Source: Nitrospirota bacterium
GTDB lineage: Bacteria; Nitrospirota; JACRHJ01
Direction of reading: 5' to 3'
Length of the DNA stretch: 64,000 nucleotides
NCBI GenBank assembly: GCA_963845245.1
Contig: CAWJRJ010000021.1
Coordinates: 1-64,000, forward strand
Part shown: piece by piece, positions 10,457-20,551 of the stretch
How positions within the stretch are numbered: position 1 is the first letter of the stretch
How the letters are laid out: every line of letters starts with the position of its first letter
Made by a program: the position numbers and the translations under genes
The notes under the pieces: model-generated
Databases searched by the model: none
What the model was told of the DNA's origin: nothing
Seen by the model: only the letters and a program-made list of their open reading frames with translations

Positions 10457-11458
10457 TTAGAGCCCGCCGAGCTTGAAGTCTGAAAACAGCATGCGGTATG
10501 AAACGACTGCGGTGAACAACAGGTACAGGGCTATCGTCACCACTGCGAGCCTGCGCTGGACGGCGGGTATGGCCCTTGCCAGGCTGCCCCTGTTTCTGTA
10601 TGGCATCAAGGCCCCCACTCCGATCCCCGCTATAACGCCCCCCAGCAGAGTTGCATACATGCCGTACCCCACGTAGCCGTACTCTTTCTGAAGGATGCAG
10701 AAGGGGCAGTGGTGGGTGGGCAGTTCATAAAAATAAAGACTGATAAACGAGATCAGAGATACGGCGGCGACGAGGAAGGAAAGAATGCTGACGGCGGAGA
10801 ACAGGTAGCCGCCTCTGCCCTTCAGGTAGAAAAGGAGTCCGCTCGCGACAGTTGCTGCCATGCATCCAAAGAAGGCCGGTTCCATAAAGCCGTATGGAAG
10901 TGTTGTTATATCCGCGGCAAAACCGGGCTTATCCGCGCTGAACAGGCTGCCGCAGCATGAAGTGATGATGTCCGACTTGAGTCCGGAAAAAAAACTGAAC
11001 TGCAATAAAGCCTCCAGGACCACAAGAGGCGCCAGAATGTCGAGCAGGATATATTTGACTTTGATGAGTGGATAATCGTAACCCCTGGTGTCCGTATGGT
11101 TGATTATGAGCCACACTCCACAGAAAATACAGTTGATGATCTTCAATATTAAAGTAGGGTAGCCGTATCCGTCCACATGTAAAGTGCCCGCCGCGCACAT
11201 TGCTCCGGTGAACAGGCTGTGGAGGTCGTCGGCCGTGTAGATGTATAGAAACAGGGAGAGTATTTGAAACACAAGGGCATAACTCAGGATGGTGGATACC
11301 AGATAGGTACGCCGCTCTAAGCTCAACTGGAGCTCGCTGCCGCTCTTGGGGGCCCATTTCCTCAGGATAAGTGTCCCGTACCAGCCTGCATACACCACCA
11401 TGCAGCTTATAATAAGGGATGATGCAATGAGCGCGAGGATGGCCGGGTGCTGGATCAT
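10457..11458 (-). CDS. Polytopic membrane protein with Cys/His motifs (uncharacterised)
   Basis: About 8 TM helices; TGAMCAAG, ITSCCGS, THHCPFC. Confidence 0.75.
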   Translation of the reverse strand: MIQHPAILALIASSLIISCMVVYAGWYGTLILRKWAPKSGSELQLSLERRTYLVSTILSYALVFQILSLFLYIYTADDLHSLFTGAMCAAGTLHVDGYGYPTLILKIINCIFCGVWLIINHTDTRGYDYPLIKVKYILLDILAPLVVLEALLQFSFFSGLKSDIITSCCGSLFSADKPGFAADITTLPYGFMEPAFFGCMAATVASGLLFYLKGRGGYLFSAVSILSFLVAAVSLISFISLYFYELPTHHCPFCILQKEYGYVGYGMYATLLGGVIAGIGVGALMPYRNRGSLARAIPAVQRRLAVVTIALYLLFTAVVSYRMLFSDFKLGGL

Positions 11459-12183
11459 CTGACGCTCTCTTTTCCGGTAATGTGCCCGTCCCGCATCTCT
11501 ACTACGGTGTCAGCCAGAGGAGATTCATAAACGATCGGGTCGTGGCTTGCAATCAGGACGGTCTTCCCTTCCGACCTGAACGTGCCGATTATTTCCATAA
11601 ACTCGCGGGAGAGCCTGCTGTCCAGGTGGGCGGTGGGCTCATCGGCTATGATGGCGGCGGGGTTGTTTATCAGCGCCCGGGCGATGGCTACCCGCTGGAG
11701 TTCGCCGCCAGAGAGCCAATCCACCCGGGCGTGCGAATGACGCGATATATTGAAAAGTTCCAGCAGACCGAGGGCGCGTTTTTTTGACACAGCCTGGTCC
11801 TCACCGGTCGGATAGGCCGGTAACATGATATTTTCCAGGACTGTAATTCCACGGACCAGGTTGAACTGCTGAAAGATAAAACCAAATGTCTTACGCCTGA
11901 TGTCGGTGAGAAAACGCTCCGGCAGACTGGAGATATCAATGCCTGCGGAAGTATCTTCATCGGCCACGAAGTCAGCCCTGACGCCATGCAGGGTGATGCG
12001 GCCTGAACTGGGGCGGGCCATACAGCCGATGAGAGACAGCAGGGTGGTCTTTCCTGAGCCGCTCGGTCCCTTCAGTATAGTGACCTTTCCAGCATCGATT
12101 GCCAAGCTTACGTCATCCACCGCCGTGAACTGGTTCGGTTTGCCGGGGTTAAAGCTTTTGGTTATGTTTATAAGTTCTACCAC
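11455..12183 (-). CDS. ABC transporter ATPase (LolD/MacB-like)
   Basis: GPSGSGKTT, LSGGELQRVAIARAL, ADEPTAHLD. Confidence 0.92.
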   Translation of the reverse strand: MVELINITKSFNPGKPNQFTAVDDVSLAIDAGKVTILKGPSGSGKTTLLSLIGCMARPSSGRITLHGVRADFVADEDTSAGIDISSLPERFLTDIRRKTFGFIFQQFNLVRGITVLENIMLPAYPTGEDQAVSKKRALGLLELFNISRHSHARVDWLSGGELQRVAIARALINNPAAIIADEPTAHLDSRLSREFMEIIGTFRSEGKTVLIASHDPIVYESPLADTVVEMRDGHITGKESVR

Positions 12184-12185
12184 AG

Positions 12186-13322
12186 CTAAGACCTCATGGC
12201 GGCGTCCGGGTCAGCCGTGGCGGACAGCCAGGCAGGGACGATGGTTGCCGCAGTGTAGGGCAGCACGGACAGGAAGAATAGCACTGCTAGCTGGTAGGCG
12301 TCTATAGACGGGACCAGCCTGAACTCCGGGTAGAGCACGGACCACCCCTTGAGGGCATGCTCGAAAAGCGCGGCAGAGAAAAAGAAAACGTGGCCGTAGG
12401 CCAGCACCACGCCGGTAAGAAATGCGGACAGAGATATCGAGACCCCCTCCCAGAACTTGAGGAGCAGGACGTCGGACGTCTCCCAGCCTATTGACTTTAG
12501 GATGCCGATTTCCTTTCGTTCTTCCGCGGACAGCCCGGTCGCCTTGTCCCAGGCGAAAATCACGAAAGACAGTACCGCCACGCCAAGCATGACAAGCATC
12601 ATCCCACCCCGCCAATTGAAGATGGCATCGTAAGTCCTCAGCATCTCGCTCCTCATAATCGGGCGCGAATCAGGGAACTGTTCCGCAATCTTTGACGCGA
12701 CAGTGCCGACCTCGCTCGGGTTGGCAACCGTAACGGCCAGGTCGGTGGCATAGCCTTGTGGCATATTGAACATAGACTGGAAGTCCTGGGCTGACATAAG
12801 GACCAGGTCGGCCGCTACAAGCTCAGACTCGTAAGGTAGTATCTGGTTAACAGTCAGAAGAAGGGGGGCCTTGTCGTATGTAGTGAACGTAATCAAATCC
12901 CCGGCCTTTATGCGCTGGTTTTTCGCTACGCCGCTTCCTATGATGACATTATCCTGAGGCACTGGGTGGTTATCAGGCACCATAAGGGTGTAGTTGGCGC
13001 CGAAGACCGGGTCGTAATAGTATCCCCACAGGCGCCCCGTCACCGAGCTCACACCCCTTATAGCCCTGATTTTTTCCGCATAGCCGGCAGGAATAAGTTC
13101 TTGACGGCCGGCAACCAGCTTCTGGACGACAATGTCCGGCGCGCCTTTGAGGAGCAGGGCAGCCTCGCGTTTGAGGGCATGCACGAAGAATATCAGAGAT
13201 GCGAGCATGAAGACTATCAGTGTGTAGACCACGAATAATGAGAGGTTCTTTGTCTTCCTCCTGAGGAGCGATGAAAGGGCGAAATCCAGTATATTCCTGT
13301 GCCTGTTAACGGTAATGTTCAT
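12186..13322 (-). CDS. FtsX/LolE-like ABC permease
   Basis: TM1, large periplasmic domain, ERKEIGILKSIGW, three further TMs. Confidence 0.88.
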   Translation of the reverse strand: MNITVNRHRNILDFALSSLLRRKTKNLSLFVVYTLIVFMLASLIFFVHALKREAALLLKGAPDIVVQKLVAGRQELIPAGYAEKIRAIRGVSSVTGRLWGYYYDPVFGANYTLMVPDNHPVPQDNVIIGSGVAKNQRIKAGDLITFTTYDKAPLLLTVNQILPYESELVAADLVLMSAQDFQSMFNMPQGYATDLAVTVANPSEVGTVASKIAEQFPDSRPIMRSEMLRTYDAIFNWRGGMMLVMLGVAVLSFVIFAWDKATGLSAEERKEIGILKSIGWETSDVLLLKFWEGVSISLSAFLTGVVLAYGHVFFFSAALFEHALKGWSVLYPEFRLVPSIDAYQLAVLFFLSVLPYTAATIVPAWLSATADPDAAMRS

Positions 13323-13614
13323 GTGCCCTCGCGGTTACTGCGGGAGGAGTAACAAATGACCCGGAAGGGAAATGCTCAAGGGCACCCGGATGGTCCTGAA
13401 AAGGGGCATGGAGGTCAGCCATTGAAGGGTGGCGGGTGTAGCGCGCTTCAGTAAACAGGCAGAGGTCGGTGAGCCTCAGTTCCTTCACCAGCCCTGCGCG
13501 GTAGAGACGCTCAGCCCGCGCTTCCGTCTGGCTATTGCGTGTGTGAAGCACAGCAAGGACAAGCAGTATTATGTTGAATATAGTAAAAATCAAGAATACC
13601 GTGGATTTGCGCAT
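13306..13614 (-). CDS. Small membrane-anchored conserved hypothetical protein
   Basis: N-terminal TM; LTDLCLFTEARYTRHPS...FQDHPGALEHFPSGS; overlaps the permease start. Confidence 0.65.
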   Translation of the reverse strand: MRKSTVFLIFTIFNIILLVLAVLHTRNSQTEARAERLYRAGLVKELRLTDLCLFTEARYTRHPSMADLHAPFQDHPGALEHFPSGSFVTPPAVTARAHEHYR

Positions 13615-13636
13615 ACGTAGTTCTCTTTATTTCAAG

Positions 13637-14125
13637 CTATTCAGTCGTTTCAAGGACAGCAGGGGTGATCTCGCCGTAGCGTAGTATCTTCTTTCCCTTG
13701 TGGTCGTTTAAAAAGCCCTGTGCATCGGCCATTTTTTCAAACGGTACGAGTTCCTGACCCATGGGGCCGTATACGTCGCTTCCAATAACGTAGAACGCCT
13801 TCCGGCCGTCGACGGCCTTGAGGGAATAATAGTCTTTGACCAAGACGGCTGAAACGGTCGATTGGCTCTGGCCCGGGTTGTATTTTTTTAGTTTTAATAA
13901 GTATGTAAAAAGGTCCTTGGGCCCGTCAAACCAGGCGTAAGTGGAATCCTTGAAGCCGACCTTCGCGCTCCAGGCCGGATACTTGCTGACGAGCATCCCG
14001 CATACTGCGCACTTGTCCCCGACGGAAGGAGCTAAACCGGCGCTCCCAGATGCAAAGACCGTACACGCTGCCGGTAGAAATAAAGCCAGCATGAAGATCA
14101 GGCATAGGCGTTTCAATAGGGCCAC
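13637..14125 (-). CDS. nosL: NosL-family (copper chaperone-like) protein
   Basis: CAVCGM, FDGPKD, AFYVIGSDVYGPMG.ELVPF, F.NDHKG. Confidence 0.85.
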   Translation of the reverse strand: MALLKRLCLIFMLALFLPAACTVFASGSAGLAPSVGDKCAVCGMLVSKYPAWSAKVGFKDSTYAWFDGPKDLFTYLLKLKKYNPGQSQSTVSAVLVKDYYSLKAVDGRKAFYVIGSDVYGPMGQELVPFEKMADAQGFLNDHKGKKILRYGEITPAVLETTE

Positions 14126-14145
14126 GTTAACTCCGTTTTATATGG

Positions 14146-15903
14146 TCAATGGATTACCCACTCGCTTTTCTTCACCAGTTCGGGCTTAGGGCCTTTTGTC
14201 AGCTGGACTATATAACAACCTTTCGATGCGTAGCGCTGTCCTGGTCCAAAGCTGAGGCGTTCATATAACGGCACAGGACCCGGAGATTTCATGCCGCCTC
14301 CGCCTGACAAGGGTGAATAAAAGTCCTGGAGCATGCCGGTTACGTCTAAAAAATTGTCGCGGTAATAATTCTCCCGCATTTCCATCAGGGCCTGAGTCAG
14401 TACCGCAATGATGGAATAAGTCCGGTCCGCTACCTCCCGCGCGCTGCCATTAGCCTCTTGGGATTTTGATAACTGGAGGTTGAACTTGAGCCGGGCTTCG
14501 TCCTGGGGCAGCCTGAACGGATATGCAATATATGTAAAGTCGCGCGCCTGTTCATTTAATGCCCATATAGCTTGACCAAGATAGCTTGAAGAAACGAAAA
14601 CAATGCCGGGCCTGTCACTTCGTTTTGTCAGAGACTCCAGCGCAGGAAGCACCCCGGCGTCGTCCCAGAGGAGAAGGCATGACGGGTGTTCCTTGTCCAG
14701 CACATCCTGCAAGGACTCTATTGATAATGACTCCCCGGCCTTCAGGGTTAACTTTACTGGAGCCGGATGTTCCAGCCCCTGCCATGTTTTGTCAAAGCCC
14801 TCCGAAAGCGCCCTGCCTTCGGGCGTATCCCGGACGAGTTCCACCACTGTCTTGCCCTTCAAAGGCTCATCCTGGGCATTAATATATTGTGCCGCACTTT
14901 CGCCTTCCTGATAGTATCCCTTTGAGATGTACAAGGTATACCAGTCTGTTTCTGAAATGACAGGTAAGTCTGTAATCGGGAAAAGGCACGGGATATGGTT
15001 TGCCTCACAGAATTCATGGATAGGTTTCCAGTCTCCGTTTGATATACCGCCAAGAAAGGCGAATACAGGTTCCTTGCGGTAATATTCCTCCAACTGGCTG
15101 CGCCAGGTTTCCCGTGGTCCCTTTAATATCCAGGGCGACAAGGATAACCTCAGGTATGCAGACCCTTTTGCGTTAGGGAGCATTGTCTGCGCCATGAGGG
15201 CCTGCCTTGGGTCCCTCTCGTAAACTTTGGCCTGGTTGTTTTTGGAGAGGACATAATTCTCCAACGGCTTAAGCATCGCGTCGCGGTCTTCAGGGCTGAC
15301 GTCGTCAGTGATGACCGTCGCAAACCGGAGGGTGTTGTCTGAAAAACCGGGCGACGGGTCCGTGGAAAGTGATTTAAGGTAGTAGATGAGGATACCCATG
15401 TCACGGTTGTCAAGTAGATATCGGGGCATGACCTCGTCGATAATCCGCCCGGATGGATGGACTCCGGCCCGCAACAGTTCGGCAAGCGATTCATCGGTAT
15501 ATGACGGACGCAGCGGGGGCGATGAAATTATCTCGAAACCTTTATAAAACCTTTTCAACGGCCGGAAAAGTGTCTTCCCGTTTGTGGGAGGCGTGATCAC
15601 TCCGCCCTCAATTGATCCAAGCCCGCTGCGTAGATGGCAGCTTGTGCAGGTAAACTGCGTCCCTTCCACAGTGATATCCCCCTTTACAACGGCCTGCATC
15701 GGCTCCCCCGATGGGAGTATGCCCTTACGGTACATCTGTTCTCCGAGAAGGAGCGCCTTTGCCCGGTCAAAGCCGGATATCTGACCCTGCGTATCTTCCG
15801 CTGCAGAGGCCGCGGACCATACAAGGGTCGACAGGAGAAACACTGCGGTGAAGAAATATTTTATTGCAGCCGAGCCACCATTTTTTCGTGTGAATGACCT
15901 CAT
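14146..15903 (-). CDS. Cytochrome c domain fused to a periplasmic binding protein type-1 fold
   Basis: Signal peptide, CTSCH and distal VMPRY Met, followed by a PBP1-like region (PVFAFLGG, IHEFCEANHIPCLFP). Confidence 0.75.
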   Translation of the reverse strand: MRSFTRKNGGSAAIKYFFTAVFLLSTLVWSAASAAEDTQGQISGFDRAKALLLGEQMYRKGILPSGEPMQAVVKGDITVEGTQFTCTSCHLRSGLGSIEGGVITPPTNGKTLFRPLKRFYKGFEIISSPPLRPSYTDESLAELLRAGVHPSGRIIDEVMPRYLLDNRDMGILIYYLKSLSTDPSPGFSDNTLRFATVITDDVSPEDRDAMLKPLENYVLSKNNQAKVYERDPRQALMAQTMLPNAKGSAYLRLSLSPWILKGPRETWRSQLEEYYRKEPVFAFLGGISNGDWKPIHEFCEANHIPCLFPITDLPVISETDWYTLYISKGYYQEGESAAQYINAQDEPLKGKTVVELVRDTPEGRALSEGFDKTWQGLEHPAPVKLTLKAGESLSIESLQDVLDKEHPSCLLLWDDAGVLPALESLTKRSDRPGIVFVSSSYLGQAIWALNEQARDFTYIAYPFRLPQDEARLKFNLQLSKSQEANGSAREVADRTYSIIAVLTQALMEMRENYYRDNFLDVTGMLQDFYSPLSGGGGMKSPGPVPLYERLSFGPGQRYASKGCYIVQLTKGPKPELVKKSEWVIH

Positions 15904-16484
15904 TTTATGCCCGCCTTCCTGCATTCTTCCATGAACTCTGAGGTGCTCATCAGCCCGTATATCCTGATCCACTTGCCGCTATCCGGCAAGCGGATCAATG
16001 TAATAGGTTTATGAAACATCTTGTTTGACACAAAGGCATCAAAAGCCAGCATTGTTTTGTCGATATCAGAACGAGTCCCGGTCAGAAACTCCCATCCCGG
16101 TTTTGACTGGTATCGCTTCAGGTATTCCTTCATCACCCTGGGCGTATCGTTTTCCGGGTCTATAGAGATCGATACAAGCCGGACCTTCCGGGTATCAGGC
16201 CCGAGCTTATGCTGAAGGTTGGTGAAGCCCGCCGACAGGATCGGGCATATAGTAGTACACGTCCCGAAGATAAATTCGACGATGACCGGCTTGTCTGACT
16301 GCAGGAGGTCCTTGAGGCGCACTTTCTTGCCGTCCTGGTCCACGAGGACTACATCAGGCACTGTATAATTCTCGACGGTGCGTTTATATTTTATATCAAC
16401 GGCTTCCGCCCGTACTGCGATAGACAGGGAAAACAAAAAGGTAACTAAGTGCAGTGCTGCAAGAAATGTTTTTGTCATGGGCAT
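15900..16484 (-). CDS. SCO/SenC family copper-binding protein
   Basis: FIFGTCTTICP (CxxxC), SISIDPENDTP, conserved His (FHKP). Confidence 0.9.
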   Translation of the reverse strand: MPMTKTFLAALHLVTFLFSLSIAVRAEAVDIKYKRTVENYTVPDVVLVDQDGKKVRLKDLLQSDKPVIVEFIFGTCTTICPILSAGFTNLQHKLGPDTRKVRLVSISIDPENDTPRVMKEYLKRYQSKPGWEFLTGTRSDIDKTMLAFDAFVSNKMFHKPITLIRLPDSGKWIRIYGLMSTSEFMEECRKAGIK

Positions 16485-16771
16485 AAGCTCCCGGCGCTGA
16501 ACAGGTGAATCCAGTATGGATATCCATGGAATATCCGTGGTTGTAATTGTGTTGGTTTTTATGTCGAAGACCGGTAAGTTTTTAAAGTATAACATAACAA
16601 ACCTCATTTACCGGACAGGATTCAGTTTTCTTGTAAATATATGGCCCTCGAAGGAGGGCCTGAAGGTTTTTGTAACTATGCTATAATTTGGACACAACCG
16701 CAAACGGGGGCAATAGCGGCGGTAACTTTGCCGTCGAACGTTATAGTTAGGCTCATGCACAGGGAATCAGT

Positions 16772-17106
16772 ATGGAAAAAAATGTCCGGAACCCAGGCTT
16801 GAGAAAGACATCAGCATACATATTTTTTCCGTCTCGGCAGCGATGGTCGGAGTCTGTCTGACTGTAATCTGAATAATAAGAATAGTGATTACTATCAAAT
16901 ATGCAGACACGCTTTCCGGCGACTTGCTTTCTGCAGATGCTGTTTTGTTTTTGATTGCATATATCTTGTCTTATTGGGCATTACGCACGCGCTATACTAA
17001 AAGGCTGCATCGAATTGAGAATATTGCAGATAGTGTTTTCATTTCAGCTCTGTTGCTTATGGTAATAGTGTGCGTGATTATTACCTATCAACTTGCAGCA
17101 GGTTGA
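16772..17106 (+). pseudogene. Small membrane protein gene interrupted by a frameshift and an in-frame TGA
   Basis: Reads DISIHIFSVSAAMVGVCLTVI*IIRIV then continues as the listed ORF 16885-17106; AT-rich. Confidence 0.5.
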
Positions 17107-17265
17107 TGATTTTGGAAGCTGTGGCCAGACTGGGTGCTGATAATGGACCAGAATTGAGCCTGTAGGATTACCGAGAGTAAGGCCGGTTCTTGTCAACTAT
17201 GCTATAATTAAAGCACTTGCAATACGGGGGCACCATAATATAAAGGCAATAACAAGGAGGTAGGT

Positions 17266-17631
17266 ATGAGGAAATATCTGGTTTCCATCCTGTCGGTCCT
17301 GATGTTTGTTGCATTTGCCGGCGGTGCCTTTGCCGCCGAAGCGGGGAAGTCTGAGTCCGCTGAGACGAAGAACCCCTGTGCCACCAAAAAGAATTGCGGG
17401 CTCGAGGGCATATCAAAGGTCACCGGCACGTTTAAGTCCATAGACCGCAAAAAGGGCGAACTGGTGTTAACAGGCGAGGATGGCAAGGACACGACCTTTA
17501 AGATAAAGAGCCTAAAGAGCAAGGGGCTCACTGCCGGCGACAAGGTCGAGGTGACCTGCGTGAAGAAAGGCGAAGAGTGCTTCGCAAAAAAGATTAGAAA
17601 GATGGAGAAGACCCGCGCCAAAGAGCTATGA
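17266..17631 (+). CDS. Secreted small Lys-rich protein, possible OB-fold
   Basis: Strong RBS (AAGGAGG), signal peptide, VTGTFKSID...LTAGDKVEV. Confidence 0.7.
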   Translation: MRKYLVSILSVLMFVAFAGGAFAAEAGKSESAETKNPCATKKNCGLEGISKVTGTFKSIDRKKGELVLTGEDGKDTTFKIKSLKSKGLTAGDKVEVTCVKKGEECFAKKIRKMEKTRAKEL

Positions 17632-17741
17632 TGAGTTGTTAAAATGCCTTGCAGGATATATTAAACGATAAAGGCAGTCCGCCTGAGATGCCCCCCCTCC
17701 AGGCCGGCTGCCTTTTCAATTACATGGGCCATGAAACGGTT

Positions 17742-19511
17742 TTACTGCCTCGGTCTATCCCCGCACTCATGGAATATCCTGAATGGGCACAGCCTGCAGC
17801 GTTCAGGGTCAAGCCGCTGCACTATCTCCTTCAGTGCCTCGGTTTTGCTGTGGAAGATGTTATCTCTGCCTATCTTCTCGATATATCCGCCTTTTGTCAG
17901 CACCACACGTACGTCGTGCTTGAGGTTGCACAGGTACAGCTTGCCCCCGGAGACATGCAGCCGGTGTGCCTCGGCCGCGAGCATCTCGCAGCCAGCTACG
18001 TCAATGAAGTTAATGCCTGTCGCGACTATCAACAGGTGACATTGCTCGGGGAACTCGCGCCTGATGCGGGCTATCTCTTCCGCCATGTGGTTTACCGCGC
18101 CGAAAAAAAGCGAGCCGTCCACCCGCAGTATCTTCAACTGCGGACATTCCGGAGCGGGGTAGTGTTCCGCGTTCCTGAAGCTATGACGCTCTGCCTCCGG
18201 GTCCGGCACGAGCGTCACGAAGTGCGGGTGCGAGGTGCGGTTGAGGTAGAGCATCAAGGAAAGCAGCACGCCGACGTATATTGCAAACTCAAGCTCGACG
18301 AAGAGCGTGGACAGGAACGTCACGGCCATCACCACAGCCTCACGTTTGCTGGCCCGCACGATGGTCTTTATGTGGTGGACGTCTATGAGGTTGTATGCGA
18401 CCAGGATAAGTATGCCCGCCATAGCGCCTATCGGCAGATAGGCAGTCAGCGGGGCAATGAGTAGGAGTATCGCCATAAGTGCCAGCGCCGCGAAAACGGC
18501 CGACATCGGAGTCTTGGCGCCGGCAGAGTAGTTCACGCCTGTGCGTGTGAACGAGCCGGATGCTGCGTAGCTGGAGAAGAAGCTGCCTACTATGTTCGAG
18601 AGCCCCTGTCCGATGAACTCCTGGTTGTTGTCGATGAGCTGCTGGGAGCGTGTTGCGACCGAGCGGGCTATCGACACGGCTTCGACGAGGCCCAGCATGG
18701 CGACGGCGAGCGCGCCCGGAGATAGCTGGCGTATAGAGCGAAGCGAGAGGTCAGGCGATGACAGCGGAGGCAAGCTTGACGGGAGCGACCCGACGAGCTT
18801 CACTCCGTGGGCGGCCCCATCAAGGAATAGTGTGAGCACGCTCCCAAACACCATCGCGACAAGCATTCCTGGGAGCTTCGGAGTGTATAGCCGCAGGAAT
18901 ATCGCTACGATGAGCGTCGCGGCGGATATTGCGACGACATAGGGGTTTGCCTCGGCTATGAGTGTGAACAGCGCCTGCCATGTACGTATGAAGGAGTGGC
19001 CCTTGGGTATCGACACGCCAAGCATCCCGCCTACCTGGCTCGTGCCGATGAGTATAGCGGCGCCGGCTGTAAACCCGACGACGACCGAGTGTGAGATGAA
19101 GTTGACCAGCGCTCCAAGCTTCACTGCGCCGAGCGCAAGCTGTACCACCCCTGCGAGGAAGGTGAGTGTGAGGACCATCTGGATGTAGTCTGCGCTTCCG
19201 GGCTCAGCGAACTGGCTAATGGTGGAAAAGAGCACGAGCGATATGGCGGTGGTCGGCCCGGAGATAAGGTGGCGTGACGAGCCGAAGAGCGCGGCGATGA
19301 TTGCTGGGACGATTGCGGAGTATAGGCCGTACTGGGGAGGAAGCCCCGCGATTATTGCAAAGGCCACGCCCTGGGGCAGGACAATTACCGCTCCGGTAAG
19401 CCCAGCGAGCAGGTCGGACTTAAGTGTCCTCCTGTCTAACTCATGCCGCCAGAGAAGGAACGGAAAGTATTTGGTTATACGTCCATCGCCAGGCATGTTA
19501 TGTCGCTCCAC
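17742..19511 (-). CDS. sulP: SulP family anion permease with STAS domain
   Basis: DLLAGLTGAVIVLPQGVAFA, YGLY, GSSRHLISGPT, NQEFIGQG; STAS region (DGSLFFG, NFIDVAG). Confidence 0.93.
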   Translation of the reverse strand: MERHNMPGDGRITKYFPFLLWRHELDRRTLKSDLLAGLTGAVIVLPQGVAFAIIAGLPPQYGLYSAIVPAIIAALFGSSRHLISGPTTAISLVLFSTISQFAEPGSADYIQMVLTLTFLAGVVQLALGAVKLGALVNFISHSVVVGFTAGAAILIGTSQVGGMLGVSIPKGHSFIRTWQALFTLIAEANPYVVAISAATLIVAIFLRLYTPKLPGMLVAMVFGSVLTLFLDGAAHGVKLVGSLPSSLPPLSSPDLSLRSIRQLSPGALAVAMLGLVEAVSIARSVATRSQQLIDNNQEFIGQGLSNIVGSFFSSYAASGSFTRTGVNYSAGAKTPMSAVFAALALMAILLLIAPLTAYLPIGAMAGILILVAYNLIDVHHIKTIVRASKREAVVMAVTFLSTLFVELEFAIYVGVLLSLMLYLNRTSHPHFVTLVPDPEAERHSFRNAEHYPAPECPQLKILRVDGSLFFGAVNHMAEEIARIRREFPEQCHLLIVATGINFIDVAGCEMLAAEAHRLHVSGGKLYLCNLKHDVRVVLTKGGYIEKIGRDNIFHSKTEALKEIVQRLDPERCRLCPFRIFHECGDRPRQ

Positions 19512-19594
19512 GGGTGGTTTAAAGGCCTGCTATATAAAGTTTAGCAGGATAAACCCGTGCGTCAATGGCAAATGAGGTTCCCCGATAAAATGAC

Positions 19595-20017
19595 ATCGAG
19601 GGCAAACGCCTGGCGCGCAGGGGCGTCCACGGCAGTAACGCATCCCAAAAGGAAGGCAAGCAGCATTATCTCTCAAAGAGTTATTAAATGGGTCATGGTA
19701 AGCGCACCCAGGATAAAGGCAAGGACCATGGAGACGCTTTGCGTGAAGATGAGCACCGTGCGTTTTGGGAACCGGTCTACAATCACCCCGCCTAATAAGG
19801 ACAAGAACATGGCAGGCAGCGTGGATGCCGCGGCGACCAGCCCGACGTAGAATGCAGAATTTGCGAGCTTCAGCACCAGCCAGCTTTGAGCCACGAACTG
19901 CAGCCAGGTCCCTATCATGGAGATGACTTGGCCGCTGAAGTAAAGTTGGTAGTTCCGGCTTTTTAATGCAGGGAATATCGAGAAAAATCCTGTGCGCCAG
20001 CCTCGTGATGTGTCCAC
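19595..20017 (-). pseudogene. 3'-truncated MFS transporter (DHA3/MFS_3-like)
   Basis: RNYQLYFSGQVISMIGTWLQ, GGVIVDRFPKR, DAPARQAF; similarity then stops after about 4 TMs. Confidence 0.75.
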
Positions 20018-20038
20018 TTAATCCAACTCAAACCGTAT

Positions 20039-20245
20039 CTATTGTCTGTGTCCAAGATGCCACTGTTTACAGAAATCACATTTGTATGGACGGATATCGT
20101 CCATCTCTTCTCCGTAGACTTGTTGGGTGTTCAACATTGACATGGCTTCCGCTTCAGACCTGTACCTTTTCTTACCTGTACAGGATTTAACCCTATACAA
20201 TGGATCTGACTGTTTAGCGTGTCGTTCTTTTTTCATGGTGCTCAC
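20039..20245 (-). CDS. Small putative zinc-binding protein
   Basis: C..KKRY...A...RPYKCDFCKQWHL motif; coupled to the upstream radical-SAM 3' remnant. Confidence 0.65.
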   Translation of the reverse strand: MSTMKKERHAKQSDPLYRVKSCTGKKRYRSEAEAMSMLNTQQVYGEEMDDIRPYKCDFCKQWHLGHRQ

Positions 20246-20330
20246 CTATCAAAATAACTTCTGGCAGGTAACCCCTGTTTTTTCGAATCCCGCTCTCAAT
20301 TCCTCACCCGTTCGATCGAAGAATACATCG
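20121..20330. repeat. Diverged direct repeat, left copy (pairs with 33385-33594)
   Basis: Gapless manual alignment, 45 mismatches in 210 nt (~79% identity). Confidence 0.92.
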
Positions 20331-20551
20331 CTATCCGGACCCTATTGCCAGCGTTTGCCCATTATATCATAAATCAGAAATAAAACAGGACTATCCGTTA
20401 GGGTGGTGCCATGTTTTGTCATTATCATCGCAATGCCATAGAGTTCCGAAAAAGTATGCTCACACCGTTTAGCAGTAAAAATCACGTTCCGCCACTCGCT
20501 CTTCACATGAAATCCACGGCTTAAAGAAGTTCAGACAATGTTCTACAATTT

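Noticed and set aside
13637..14125. NosL as evidence for N2O reduction
   Set aside because: No nosZ, nosD or nosR in the window; NosL-like proteins also occur outside nos clusters.
16640..16760. Hairpins upstream of the SCO operon as a riboswitch or a full attC site
   Set aside because: I could not match a known aptamer consensus, and there is no complementary RYYYAAC inverse core.
16869..16871. In-frame TGA as possible selenocysteine or recoding
   Set aside because: It lies in a hydrophobic helix with no redox motif, I see no SECIS-like hairpin, and the gene also has a frameshift.
20400..20420. Reverse-strand TGGCAC as a divergent sigma54 promoter
   Set aside because: No TTGC at the -12 position.
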